From positions 15,101 to 79,100 of IMG/VR virus record IMGVR_UViG_3300038701_002786: a DNA stretch of 64,000 bases; one strand, written 5' to 3'. The notes under the pieces were generated by a model. It was given only the letters and a program-made list of their open reading frames with translations. It was not told where the DNA came from and did no database searches. How positions within the stretch are numbered: the stretch's first letter is position 1; every line of letters begins with the position of its first letter. The stretch is from a virus. The translations under genes and the position numbers were made by a program. This document shows, in pieces, positions 46,246 through 55,852 of this stretch.

Positions 46246-46844
46246 AAAAGATACAGTCAGTTAAGTTTTCAGGTTTTGCCCTGCTCAATGAACCTCGCCG
46301 TCGGCATGGTCAGCCAACAGTATTGTCCGTCGATCCCATGACTGGCGCACGCCAGATGCGGGATGAGATCGTGTCGTTCAATGCGTTGCCACCAACAGTC
46401 AAGTCGATTGTCATTGAGCCAGGTCAGGCGGTTTTAGCTGTTTGTGATTTGCAGGCGCAGTTTGCAAATGATGAATGTGGTCAGATTCTGCTCGGACATC
46501 AAGCAGGTGCAAACGGGTTGGTTGCATCGACCGTGGCTATCGCACCTGGAAGTTCCTTTGATAAGGACAACCCATTGTGTGTGTGTTTGCGTAACTGTGG
46601 TTCTTCTCGACTGCATCTGGGGGTTGAAAGCACCTATGTGCAAATGTGGACTGAAGCTTGCGTTAGTATGGGACCGTCGAAGACTTTGAGTCGGCAACGT
46701 TTGAGTGAGTTGAGAGCGCTTGTGGGCAACATGGAGTTACATCTCCAACCCAATCTCCCCATACAAATGACGGATACTGACATCGCACTGAACAATCTTG
46801 AGTTATTGAAGTCGGTTCTCGCTGACTTGGAGGATGAACAATGA
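46242..46844 (+). CDS. Hypothetical protein
   Basis: ATGA overlaps on both sides. Confidence 0.6.
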   Translation: MKKIQSVKFSGFALLNEPRRRHGQPTVLSVDPMTGARQMRDEIVSFNALPPTVKSIVIEPGQAVLAVCDLQAQFANDECGQILLGHQAGANGLVASTVAIAPGSSFDKDNPLCVCLRNCGSSRLHLGVESTYVQMWTEACVSMGPSKTLSRQRLSELRALVGNMELHLQPNLPIQMTDTDIALNNLELLKSVLADLEDEQ

Positions 46845-47833
46845 AAGCCTATCAAGACTTGATTCGACACGTTTTGACCAATGGTTGCGAAAAAGAGGGC
46901 CGAAATGGCGGCACTATTTCGGCCTTTGGAGCAGAGATGAAGTTCAATTTGCAAGATGGGTTTCCGATTGTCACGACCAAGGCGATCTTCTTTGGCAAGA
47001 TGCTTGATGAGTTGCTCGCATTTTGTCGTGGCCATATCTATCTGGATGAATTTGGCAGCGCTCGTTCATTCTGGGCACCATTCGCCGATGAACACGGATG
47101 CCTTGGCCCTATCTACGGTTACCAGTGGCGAAGAGGGAAATGGGCGACTGGAGACAATGAGGGCGGCCATAAGGTCGTGGAAATTGACCAACTCAAGCAG
47201 GTGATTGAAAATATCATCGCACACCCATATTCACGTCGACACATTGTGACGTCGTGGAACCCCGGTCAAAACGACGAAATGGGTTTGCCCCCTTGTCACT
47301 CGTTTTTCCAGTTTAATGTGCGCCCCGCGATTAGTTTTATTAATGACGAGCGTCAGATTGCGACCACTCGTGTGTATTTGAATGCGTTGAAGAACCTTAT
47401 GGGCGAAGAGGAGTTCATGGCATTCTACGATGGATGTGCTGGTCCTGGTGGTCAACTGTCTGCCTTGGCCATTGCCGAAGGTGTTCGTGAACGTGGTCTT
47501 CCTGACAAGTTTTTGAGTTGTAAGATGTATCAGCGTTCAGCTGATGTCTTTTTGGGTGTGCCGTATAATATCTCGTCTTATGCAACTTTGACGCATATGG
47601 TCGCGCAGGTGACAAACTGTTTGCCAGGTACGTTGTATCATTCGTTGGGCGATTCGCATTTGTATGACGAACATATCAACCAAGCGCTCGACATCCTGGA
47701 CCGAGACCCTCATCCATTGCCAACATTAAGGCTGGATCGTTCCGTCAAAGATATTGACGAGTTTGAATCAACTCATTTTCATTTGGAAAATTATACCTCT
47801 GAACCGTTTATGCCCGCACCGTTGATCGCGTGA
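46841..47833 (+). CDS. thyA: Thymidylate synthase
   Basis: GPIYGYQWR, SRRHIVTSWNP, LPPCH, YQRSADVFLGVPYNI, GDSHLY. Confidence 0.96.
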   Translation: MKAYQDLIRHVLTNGCEKEGRNGGTISAFGAEMKFNLQDGFPIVTTKAIFFGKMLDELLAFCRGHIYLDEFGSARSFWAPFADEHGCLGPIYGYQWRRGKWATGDNEGGHKVVEIDQLKQVIENIIAHPYSRRHIVTSWNPGQNDEMGLPPCHSFFQFNVRPAISFINDERQIATTRVYLNALKNLMGEEEFMAFYDGCAGPGGQLSALAIAEGVRERGLPDKFLSCKMYQRSADVFLGVPYNISSYATLTHMVAQVTNCLPGTLYHSLGDSHLYDEHINQALDILDRDPHPLPTLRLDRSVKDIDEFESTHFHLENYTSEPFMPAPLIA

Positions 47834-48024
47834 AGCAACTCGAACCTGAGACGCTCAAAGCAATTGCGATAATTCGTTGGATAACACGCCCAGGCCAACT
47901 GACTTATCGTGGCGTTCGCATTTATCGATGGCATGGCTTCACCTACGGGGTGTGGCACAATAGGACTATGCGAACTTACAGCACTTTTTACGGCGCACGT
48001 TGTGCCATAGATGGAATATCGTGA
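47830..48024 (+). CDS. Hypothetical protein
   Basis: GTGA overlaps. Confidence 0.4.
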   Translation: MKQLEPETLKAIAIIRWITRPGQLTYRGVRIYRWHGFTYGVWHNRTMRTYSTFYGARCAIDGIS

Positions 48025-48452
48025 AGAATTTGGATGAAAAAGAAGTGATCGAAAGCGCAAAGCGTTGCGCAAAGCGATATGAGCACGCCAAACTTGGTGA
48101 TTCGACGTGTCCGCATCCCAAGTTGTTGCCCATGGTCTTGCTTAAAGCGAAACAAGAATGTTTTGAAGCGGCCCGAAATCTTGAGTCATTGACATGGGAA
48201 TGCCTTGAAACCGTTCGGAAGTTGCAAAACCAAGATAACGAGCGTTTGTTGAAGGCTGAACGTGATTCGTTGAAAAATGCAGCAATCCGATATTTTGACC
48301 GAGCAAAGCGGTATCGTGCAGTCTTGGAGGGCCAGGTGTTGCCGGTCTTGGGGATTGAAGTGATTCGATACAAATGGCCCAAGATTCGCGTTCAAAACGT
48401 GTTGACGGCCAAAATCCCAAACAAATCCATGAACAATCAATACAGGATTTGA
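48021..48452 (+). CDS. Hypothetical coiled-coil protein
   Basis: Co-oriented; start overlaps the upstream stop. Confidence 0.55.
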   Translation: MKNLDEKEVIESAKRCAKRYEHAKLGDSTCPHPKLLPMVLLKAKQECFEAARNLESLTWECLETVRKLQNQDNERLLKAERDSLKNAAIRYFDRAKRYRAVLEGQVLPVLGIEVIRYKWPKIRVQNVLTAKIPNKSMNNQYRI

Positions 48453-48454
48453 AA

Positions 48455-49093
48455 ATGGAACGCGTAGTTATTGAGTCGCCCTTTGGCAGCGATGATGATG
48501 AGATCATTCGGCGAAATATTTTGTATGCTCGTCTTTGTCTAAATACAGTGTTGCACAAAGGACATGCTTGTTTTGCCTCGCACCTATTGTTCACCCAGCG
48601 ATTGGTTCTTAATGACAATGTGCCAGAGGAGCGTGCGTTGGGTATCACTGCAGGACTTGAGGTTGTACGTGATTTTGAGGCGACTTATGTGTTCTCCGAT
48701 TTTGGTGTTACACCAGGTATGCAAGAAGGCATTGATGCTGCTCATCAGTGCGGTCGAAGGGTTGAAGAGTATCGTTTGTTCCAAGTAGACTGTGCCCATG
48801 TCAAAACAGCTGAAGAACTCTGGCAGATGGTCAAGATTTACTATGATGATGCTGAACTCTGGCACGATATGCTCTTTGACGAAAAAGATGACATGTTGTT
48901 GGCAATGGAACGAGTAGAGCGCAATGCCCAAATTGCATACCGATGGGTAGTTGGTCTTTGTGTGCCCCTCTTTGTCGGCGCATGTAATTTCGTGGACCAG
49001 GGGTACATAATCGCTTGGGTTCTTGTTGGTTGGACTGTCTTTTTGTTTTGGGCATTTGTTTTCAAAATTATCGATTTGCGAGAAGGGGTTTGA
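48455..49093 (+). CDS. Nucleoside-deoxyribosyltransferase-like (DUF4406/DUF7768-type) domain plus C-terminal membrane helices
   Basis: VVIESPF...NILYAR...FASHLLFTQ.L.D..P.ER.LG...G...GM..GI. Confidence 0.6.
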   Translation: MERVVIESPFGSDDDEIIRRNILYARLCLNTVLHKGHACFASHLLFTQRLVLNDNVPEERALGITAGLEVVRDFEATYVFSDFGVTPGMQEGIDAAHQCGRRVEEYRLFQVDCAHVKTAEELWQMVKIYYDDAELWHDMLFDEKDDMLLAMERVERNAQIAYRWVVGLCVPLFVGACNFVDQGYIIAWVLVGWTVFLFWAFVFKIIDLREGV

Positions 49094-49094
49094 A

Positions 49095-50318
49095 GTGAGT
49101 GTGCAAGAAATCAGTATCTCCAAATTGACGCTCGATCCTGAGCGCCAAATGCGCGTCCACGGATGCCGTCGACTTGTTGTTAAGAAATATGCGGATGCTC
49201 TTGAGCAAGGCGCTGAGTTTCCTCCAATTATTGTTGTGAAGATCGACAAAGAGTTTGTTGTGTGTGATGGATTTCATCGCATATCAGCGCACGAATCATT
49301 GGGTCTTAAAAAGATCAAGGCGTCCATTGAAGAGGGCGACGAAGTGTTGGCCATGGAGCGTTCATTTGCTGCAAATGGTGCTCATGGCGAGTCCAGGTCG
49401 AAAGAAGATGAAGAGATGGCGTTGATGAAGATGATTGCGCACCCCGTCATTGGCCAGCGCTCATTGCGCGATCTGGGCAAACTCGTTGGGTTGAGCCACA
49501 CCAAAGTTAGCCAAGTCAGAAGGCAGATGGAAGCATCGGGCCTGATTGAGCCCAAAATACAAACGTTGGGCAAAGACAATAAAATGTATCCTGTTAAAAG
49601 CGTGAATGCCCCCGCGGAGGATGTCAACGATTTGGTTGAAGTTGAACGCCCTCAATTTGCTACTGCAATGCCGCCTGACCAACAGGAGAGAAACACACAC
49701 ACAACAAACATTTTACTCTCAAGCAAAAGCAATGAGTGGTATTCGGGCGATGAGCGTTTGTTGAAGGTTTTACATGGCTTCTTTAAGGATGGGATCGACC
49801 TCGACCCAGCCAGTTGCGCATACGCCAATGAAACCTTCATCAAAGCAGCGCGTTTTTACAGCGAAGAAGATGATGGATTGAGCCAACCATGGGACGCTGA
49901 GCGACTTTGGTGCAACCCACCGTATGGTTTGGATGACGAACATCAATCCAATATGGGCAAGTGGTCGTCGCGTTGGTTGGATTCAGTTGGGAACATTGGA
50001 GAGAGCGTAGAAGACATCCTGGATGCAGGGATGTTTGTTGAGGGTTTACTCCTTGTGAATGCTTTTGTGGGTGCCAAGTGGTTTGAGCGACTTTGGAGTG
50101 AGGCATTCATTTGTTTCCCCAACTTTCGCCTCAAACATAAAAAGGCGCCTTGGATGAAGCAAAAGGACCAACCATCACACTTCAGTGCCATTTCTTATGT
50201 TGGCCCTCGATATGATGAATTCAAACGCGCTTTTTCCGTACTTGGTCGAATTGTGCCCCCTTCTGAGACCTTTTGTGGCCATTCAATCAATCACGAATTG
50301 ATACTTGAAAAGGTGTAA
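49095..50318 (+). CDS. ParB-N/HTH fused to phage DNA N6-adenine methyltransferase
   Basis: N-terminal VCDGFHRISA; C-terminal SNEWY, IDLDPAS, LWCNPPYG. Confidence 0.85.
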   Translation: MSVQEISISKLTLDPERQMRVHGCRRLVVKKYADALEQGAEFPPIIVVKIDKEFVVCDGFHRISAHESLGLKKIKASIEEGDEVLAMERSFAANGAHGESRSKEDEEMALMKMIAHPVIGQRSLRDLGKLVGLSHTKVSQVRRQMEASGLIEPKIQTLGKDNKMYPVKSVNAPAEDVNDLVEVERPQFATAMPPDQQERNTHTTNILLSSKSNEWYSGDERLLKVLHGFFKDGIDLDPASCAYANETFIKAARFYSEEDDGLSQPWDAERLWCNPPYGLDDEHQSNMGKWSSRWLDSVGNIGESVEDILDAGMFVEGLLLVNAFVGAKWFERLWSEAFICFPNFRLKHKKAPWMKQKDQPSHFSAISYVGPRYDEFKRAFSVLGRIVPPSETFCGHSINHELILEKV

Positions 50319-50331
50319 ACTGTTTACACCT
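50311..50331. promoter_or_regulatory. Palindrome motif A (AGGTGTAAAC-T-GTTTACACCT)
   Basis: Perfect inverted repeat overlapping the MTase stop codon, upstream of recU. Confidence 0.85.
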
Positions 50332-50349
50332 CTGATGGGAGAGTAGAAA

Positions 50350-50937
50350 ATGGCGAACAACGGGCTCGGCTTTGAAGAGTATTTGAGCACATTGCATAGC
50401 TTGTATCAGAAACAAGGAAAAGCGCGTTTGTGCAAAACGACCCCACCGGTGAAGGTTTTGGTTAAACCATTGCCTGGTGGGGTGCTTAATGCTCTGAATC
50501 GTTTTTTGATTCGGTGTAAAAAGTATAAGTTTGCCAAGTTTTTTGCAGGTGGAGCAAAGGGTAAGGGGCATTTGTTCGCAGGCTTTTTTGAAGCTATGGG
50601 TGAACCAGACTTCAAAGGTGTTCTCAAGGGGGGCCAGATGGTTTCTTTTGACGCAAAGCATTCAACGCAAGAGCGCTTTCAATTCAAAGCACTACTGAAG
50701 ACTCACCAGACCGAGTCCATGACGCTTGACGTCCGCCTGGGCGCGCTGTGCTTTTATCTCGTCAGACATGGGCGCTCTGATTACTTGCTACCAGTCAATT
50801 CAATAGGGGAGCATCCAGCTGCTCTGTTTGGAAAAGCGTCATGCAAGTGGGCGGATTTGGAGGCTTGGCGTATACCTTCGGGCCAAACATGGTTGGATGT
50901 TGTTCATGAGTTTTGCGAACGTTGGAGAGCTGCGTGA
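50350..50937 (+). CDS. recU: RecU-family Holliday junction resolvase
   Basis: NNGLGFEEYL, KTTPP, PDFKG, SFDAKH. Confidence 0.8.
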   Translation: MANNGLGFEEYLSTLHSLYQKQGKARLCKTTPPVKVLVKPLPGGVLNALNRFLIRCKKYKFAKFFAGGAKGKGHLFAGFFEAMGEPDFKGVLKGGQMVSFDAKHSTQERFQFKALLKTHQTESMTLDVRLGALCFYLVRHGRSDYLLPVNSIGEHPAALFGKASCKWADLEAWRIPSGQTWLDVVHEFCERWRAA

Positions 50938-51725
50938 GGTACAGAGAAACTGCCCCTGATGTGTTGGTGTGTCCTGAAAAACGTTGTCGTTACGTCGAAC
51001 GTGCGCTTAAGTCTCAGATGACGCCCTTTGAGCGCTCGATCTGGGACCATATGTCTGTTTCGGAACGAGTTAAAGCAAACGCATTGGCACTGGGGAAGGT
51101 TCTCACTCAGGATGATATGGGAGCCTTGAGGAGTTTATTTAGTGACAAGTCGTTAAGTATGCAGGTTTTGCATTTTGTCTTTGCCCTGGTTGAGAGTGTT
51201 GATGATGCAGTTTTGCCCTGGTTGTGGAACGCGTTGGTGCGTGATGAGCGTTTTCACACATATCAGGTCATTGATGGCGCAACTTTGCTAAAGCGGCACG
51301 AGAATTGTTACGAAAGCCACTTACTTTTAGTGCTCGCGCTGTTGTGGTTGGATGATTGGACCGATGATGATGAAGTTGTGCGGTTCGAACCTTTAGCCCG
51401 AGTTGGGAAGGTGTTTGTGCCCGGCACAAAAGTGCAAGAGTTCAACTCGGCTTTTGTTTTGGAACTGTTCACACACTGGTTTCTTGATAAATGGTCAAAC
51501 CACAATGATTGTTTTCTTCAGCATGTCGTAGAGGATGACAGGCATGAAATGTGGAGCGATCTCAAAACTTGTTTGGTAAAACAAGACCCATACGATTTTT
51601 TGTTTGAACTCGATTGTTTGAGTGCTCACGTCGCACATGAGCGTTTGTCGGAACTCGACAATTTGTTGGCTCATATCATTTCATCAGCACCAATGGTTGT
51701 TGAAAACAAGGCCGAAACTTCATGA
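50913..51725 (+). CDS. Hypothetical protein
   Basis: 270-aa co-oriented ORF. Confidence 0.6.
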   Translation: MRTLESCVRYRETAPDVLVCPEKRCRYVERALKSQMTPFERSIWDHMSVSERVKANALALGKVLTQDDMGALRSLFSDKSLSMQVLHFVFALVESVDDAVLPWLWNALVRDERFHTYQVIDGATLLKRHENCYESHLLLVLALLWLDDWTDDDEVVRFEPLARVGKVFVPGTKVQEFNSAFVLELFTHWFLDKWSNHNDCFLQHVVEDDRHEMWSDLKTCLVKQDPYDFLFELDCLSAHVAHERLSELDNLLAHIISSAPMVVENKAETS

Positions 51726-51937
51726 CAGCCTATGCCACTTATAACGAAAATGACCTTCAAGATGTGTGTGTGGAGCTTCTCAACGCAACATCTCACTCGT
51801 TCGATAGCGCACCTCCGCGACCCATGTCCATGTGGTGGGAGATGTTTTTAACTCAAGACCAACTGATCAACCGCTTATTGTACAGAACGTGCAATTTGTA
51901 TGGGCTGTACCTATGGAGGGTAGCGTGGAGAGATTGA
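51722..51937 (+). CDS. Hypothetical protein
   Basis: ATGA overlap. Confidence 0.45.
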   Translation: MTAYATYNENDLQDVCVELLNATSHSFDSAPPRPMSMWWEMFLTQDQLINRLLYRTCNLYGLYLWRVAWRD

Positions 51938-52584
51938 AATTTGTTGACTCCAGCGGTCAAAAACACACACGCGAAGAACTCGAAGATGTTTTGATTCTCG
52001 ATCTTTGTAAAAACCTCAAAATAAACAAACAAGATGCTCGGGATAGAGCCCGCCAATGTATCCGGGCATGGGAAGTCACTGCATCAAAACGTGTTCGAGG
52101 CCCGCGACGATATGCGTCCGCTCAATTGGCAATGGAGGCGTATCTTGAATACCAAGGGCGTTACAAATGCGCCACGGCTGGTGTGGACTTACGTGACTTG
52201 TTGGGCGTTGACACTGGTGGTCGTAGCGAGCCACCATTGGCTGATATGGCTGATTTGTACAACGTTTTTTTGGCAGCTGCGCGAAGCGCTGGCAAATTCA
52301 AATGGTATGTTTGGTTGGATAGATTTGGCAATGTTCCAATGAGCGAAGAGTTGTGCCAACAACGTCACAATGACCGGCTTCGTCGAGATAATGAGGCGTT
52401 TGTGCGTTGTGGTGGATTTCTCGGCGCCAACTTGCCTGCAAAGAGAAGCGCCAAGCACATTGGGCGTACATCTGTAGGTCAATGGTTGGCTGATGTGCAA
52501 TGTGCTGTAGAGCGTGAATTGCGCAAGCGAGGCATGTATGCAGACACTGTGAGGACAAATGCAGGAGAACATTCAGATGAATAA
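51913..52584 (+). CDS. Hypothetical protein (position compatible with a late-gene regulator)
   Basis: Located between RecU and the packaging genes; start uncertain. Confidence 0.5.
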   Translation: MEGSVERLKFVDSSGQKHTREELEDVLILDLCKNLKINKQDARDRARQCIRAWEVTASKRVRGPRRYASAQLAMEAYLEYQGRYKCATAGVDLRDLLGVDTGGRSEPPLADMADLYNVFLAAARSAGKFKWYVWLDRFGNVPMSEELCQQRHNDRLRRDNEAFVRCGGFLGANLPAKRSAKHIGRTSVGQWLADVQCAVERELRKRGMYADTVRTNAGEHSDE

Positions 52585-52921
52585 TCATGCCCAACGGATG
52601 AAGGCGTATATTTTTGCGCGTATTTCCAATTGTTCAGATAAAGAAGCTCAAAAGCGTTCCAAACTTGGACATGCACCAGGCCGCAGAGGTCTCGCATTGC
52701 TGAAAAGGGTTCGCATCTGTTTGGAGGATCTTCGTTATATGCGAGAGCATGATATTGATGTTGATGCAACTCTTGAGGCGTACAAGCGACAATGTCAGGC
52801 TCTTGAAGACCGCATCAAATCGGACAAACTTGAACTTGCTCAGGTGAAAAAAACTCTCAAAGCATTTGGCATTGCGATCGAGTACCAAGAGATGTGGGCT
52901 GCAAAAAGTCGAAAGCGTTGA
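52577..52921 (+). CDS. Hypothetical coiled-coil protein
   Basis: GGAGA SD; overlaps the upstream stop. Confidence 0.55.
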   Translation: MNNHAQRMKAYIFARISNCSDKEAQKRSKLGHAPGRRGLALLKRVRICLEDLRYMREHDIDVDATLEAYKRQCQALEDRIKSDKLELAQVKKTLKAFGIAIEYQEMWAAKSRKR

Positions 52922-52966
52922 CTTCTACAAAGACGAGTCGCCAGTTTTTATTTTCGTTTACCCAAG

Positions 52967-52997
52967 CGGGGTTGCCATGATTTGGCAACCCCGTTTC
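52967..52997 (+). terminator. Intrinsic terminator
   Basis: CGGGGTTGCCA-TGATT-TGGCAACCCCG followed by TTT. Confidence 0.75.
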
Positions 52998-53131
52998 CGT
53001 TCATATAGGGTACATAAGGGTGAGGGGAGACGATGCAGATACAAATATATTTGGACATTCACGTTTCCAAAGCGTGAGTCAACATCTGAGCGTTCGTTTC
53101 CCTTTAGGTGGTGCCCATGCCCCACCTTTAT

Positions 53132-53203
53132 TGCGGGGTAGAGTAGTGGTCACTCATCAGGTTCATGTCCTGACACACGCTGGTTCGAATCCAGCCCCCG
53201 CAA
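53132..53203 (+). tRNA. tRNA-Met (CAT), initiator-like
   Basis: Full cloverleaf: acceptor TGCGGGG/CCCCGCA, D stem GAGT/ACTC, anticodon stem TCAGG/CCTGA with loop TTCATGT, T arm GCTGG-TTCGAAT-CCAGC; CCA not encoded. Confidence 0.92.
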
Positions 53204-53213
53204 CTACTACTTT

Positions 53214-53828
53214 TTGAGACAAAACATGTCAGTAAAATCCAATAATCGTGGTGATATTGCCGAACAGGAAATTCTTTACGTTCCCATCGATTCGGTCAAA
53301 CCTCACCCCAAAAACCCAAACAATGGTCGAGTTGATGTCATCGAAGCATCAATTCAGCACCGTAGTTTATACGGTGTGATTATCGTTCAGCGTTCGACTG
53401 GATATATTCTCGCTGGCGAACATCGGTGGCGTGCGCTCAAGAATCGAGGGCTTGCTCGGGAGATTCCAGCATGTTTACTGAATGTCGATGACAAACAAGC
53501 GCTTGAAATTTTGTTGTCTGATAATTCAATCAACCATCTGGGTCGGCTCGATGCTGGAGAGAGCATCGACATCATAAATGAGTTACTTGGACCATCGCCG
53601 GACGATGATGAGTTATTCGATCTGGGGTTCAATGAACGTTCCTACCAAGACTTGATCAATCAACTTGAATATCGACCGCCTGAAATATTGCCTCCAGAAC
53701 CTCCCGTGCCGGACCAGGAATTCAAAGTCATCGTCACATGTGGCACTCAAGAGGACCAGTTGATGATCGCTGAACTGATGGATTCACACGGTTTCCCTTA
53801 CCGATTAACTCCGAGAGACACGACATGA
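53214..53828 (+). CDS. ParB/Srx-like nuclease-domain protein preceding the terminase
   Basis: VPIDSVKPHPKNPN, IIVQRSTGYILAGEHRWRA, LLSDN. Confidence 0.85.
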   Translation: MRQNMSVKSNNRGDIAEQEILYVPIDSVKPHPKNPNNGRVDVIEASIQHRSLYGVIIVQRSTGYILAGEHRWRALKNRGLAREIPACLLNVDDKQALEILLSDNSINHLGRLDAGESIDIINELLGPSPDDDELFDLGFNERSYQDLINQLEYRPPEILPPEPPVPDQEFKVIVTCGTQEDQLMIAELMDSHGFPYRLTPRDTT

Positions 53829-53835
53829 GATAATT

Positions 53836-54393
53836 ATGGCGCTCAAGAAGGAAGATTTAAGCGAACTCCCTTGGGAGAGGCAAAAAGGCGAATCCGTCAA
53901 ACAATACGAAGCCTTTTGCTCCTACAGGGACTTGCCAAAACCACGCTCGCGAGATCGCGCGTATCGCAAATATGCCCAATTGGAAGAAGGAAGCACCAGA
54001 AATGCTACCGGCAAGTTTTGCGAGTATATGCGGGAAAATCTTTGGGTGTATCGCACTGACGAATACGACCTTCACCTTGAACGAATCAAGCGCCATGCTC
54101 TCGAACACAAGCGCGCCCAGAGTCACGCACAGCGGGTCAATGCTTACAATGGAGCATTGGCCCTTGTTTTCAAAAAGCTCAAAGTTTTGGCCGAATCTGA
54201 GGGAGACATCGATATGTCTTTGGCCGAGATGACACGACTACTCAAAGTAGCTGCTGAAGGTTTGCGTCATGAGTACGAACCCAGCAAGTTTGAGATCGAG
54301 CATTCGGGCGAAGTCACTCAGAAATCTGCCAAGGTTCAGTTGTATCAGTTGCCTGACAATGGGCGCCGAAGGAAAAAGAAATCAGATGAGTGA
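53836..54393 (+). CDS. Probable terminase small subunit
   Basis: WERQKGES...YEAF..YRDL motif; directly upstream of TerL. Confidence 0.65.
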   Translation: MALKKEDLSELPWERQKGESVKQYEAFCSYRDLPKPRSRDRAYRKYAQLEEGSTRNATGKFCEYMRENLWVYRTDEYDLHLERIKRHALEHKRAQSHAQRVNAYNGALALVFKKLKVLAESEGDIDMSLAEMTRLLKVAAEGLRHEYEPSKFEIEHSGEVTQKSAKVQLYQLPDNGRRRKKKSDE

Positions 54394-55852
54394 TGACGCG
54401 TTTGAGGTGATACGGCCAAACTCTGAAGCTCAAGAGAAGGCGCTCGCTTCGCCTGCTGATATTTTGATTTACGGTGGCGCCGCTGGCGGTGGAAAGAGTT
54501 GGTACTTGAGGGCATGTGCGATTCCCATGCTTAGCGACGACCATTTTAATGGCATTATCTTTCGCCGGACCACAAAACAACTCCGAGGTGGCGAATCCGG
54601 TTCCATGTGGGGCGATGCAAAAAAGATGTTTCGCCCTTTCGGCCCCAGAATCAACGAACAGGATATGATGCTGCGCTTTGAAGGTGGCGCTTCCCTTCGT
54701 TTCTGGCACATCGAGCATGAAAGCAACCTTGAGGATCATCAGGGGCCAGAATATGCCTATGTCGGCTTTGATGAAATCACACAGTTTCCCGAGAACTTCT
54801 TTTGGTTTCTCTTTGGACGACTGAGGTCTCTTGGCGGATGGGAGCCATTTATTCGAGGCACATGCAACCCTGACCCTGATTCATGGATAAGAGGTTTTCT
54901 CGATTGGTGGATTGGTGAAGATGGATATCCTATTGCCGAACGCGATGGAGTCATTCGTTGGTTCTTTCGTGATGAAGATGATGGTGAAATCATCTGGTTG
55001 GAAGAAGACCAGTTTGACGAACATGGTAATCCGCCCCTTGATTCTGATGGCGATCCGCCAACAAGCGTTACATTTATTGCCGCAAAGTTAGAAGACAATG
55101 CCACATTGATGGAAACAGATCCTGGCTATCGTCGAAAACTCAAGGCGATGAGTAAGGTCGAGCGCGAACGTTTCCTCGGCGGCAATTGGAATGTGGCAAA
55201 CAAAACAGGCACATTCGAACATCATGTTATTGATCCCAAAGGCCAGCACATTGATGACATCCCCAAGGGGTTAAAGTGGGTCAGATATTGGGATCTCGCC
55301 GATACTGAACCGACCAAAGAAATGGCCCAATCTCGCAAGAAAAAGATATGCGAAACAGCTGGCGCCAAGGTGGCTTTGCATTTGGAACCCAATCCTTTGG
55401 GTGGTCCACCAATACAGACGCTGTATATCGGACACGTTGCTGCAAAAAAACTCAGTGGAGGGCGCAAGCAGAAATGGATGCGTGCGACGGCCTTGAGGGA
55501 AGATGATCCAAATGAAGTAATGCAAGCGATTGAGCAGGAACCCGGCGCCACGGGAAAAGAGAGTATTGCCACATACAAAGCTGTTGTTTTTGCTGGCTAC
55601 GTTTTTGCCGCTGACCGACCAAGCGGTAACAAAGCATATCGTGCCTCCAGGTGGGCAGGATTGGCCGAAATACCGGGTAGAGTTGTCTTGGTCCGTAAAG
55701 GCGATGAGCCAGAAGATTGGTTCGCTCCGTTTCTTGCGCAGTTGAACAAGTACCCCAATATGTTGTTGGATAAAGTTGATGCAGTTAGCGGTGGATATGC
55801 AGTTTTAACTAAACCTCGCAAGCGTAAGAAAACAAAAGGGATTTTCTCATGA
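54386..55852 (+). CDS. terL: Terminase large subunit
   Basis: YGGAAGGGKS Walker A, GFDEITQF Walker B, GTCNPD, RYWDLA, DKVDAVS RNase H-like domain. Confidence 0.93.
   Translation: MSDDAFEVIRPNSEAQEKALASPADILIYGGAAGGGKSWYLRACAIPMLSDDHFNGIIFRRTTKQLRGGESGSMWGDAKKMFRPFGPRINEQDMMLRFEGGASLRFWHIEHESNLEDHQGPEYAYVGFDEITQFPENFFWFLFGRLRSLGGWEPFIRGTCNPDPDSWIRGFLDWWIGEDGYPIAERDGVIRWFFRDEDDGEIIWLEEDQFDEHGNPPLDSDGDPPTSVTFIAAKLEDNATLMETDPGYRRKLKAMSKVERERFLGGNWNVANKTGTFEHHVIDPKGQHIDDIPKGLKWVRYWDLADTEPTKEMAQSRKKKICETAGAKVALHLEPNPLGGPPIQTLYIGHVAAKKLSGGRKQKWMRATALREDDPNEVMQAIEQEPGATGKESIATYKAVVFAGYVFAADRPSGNKAYRASRWAGLAEIPGRVVLVRKGDEPEDWFAPFLAQLNKYPNMLLDKVDAVSGGYAVLTKPRKRKKTKGIFS

Noticed and set aside
13360-50331. 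Motif A or B as known host boxes (LexA, NrdR, LacI/cre, chromosomal parS)
   Set aside because: Neither matches those consensus sequences as I know them: motif A lacks the central CG of LacI-type sites and has odd symmetry
53083-53107. Possible seventh motif B copy (GTGAGTCAACATCTGAGCG) before the tRNA
   Set aside because: The right arm does not match; roughly half identity could arise by chance
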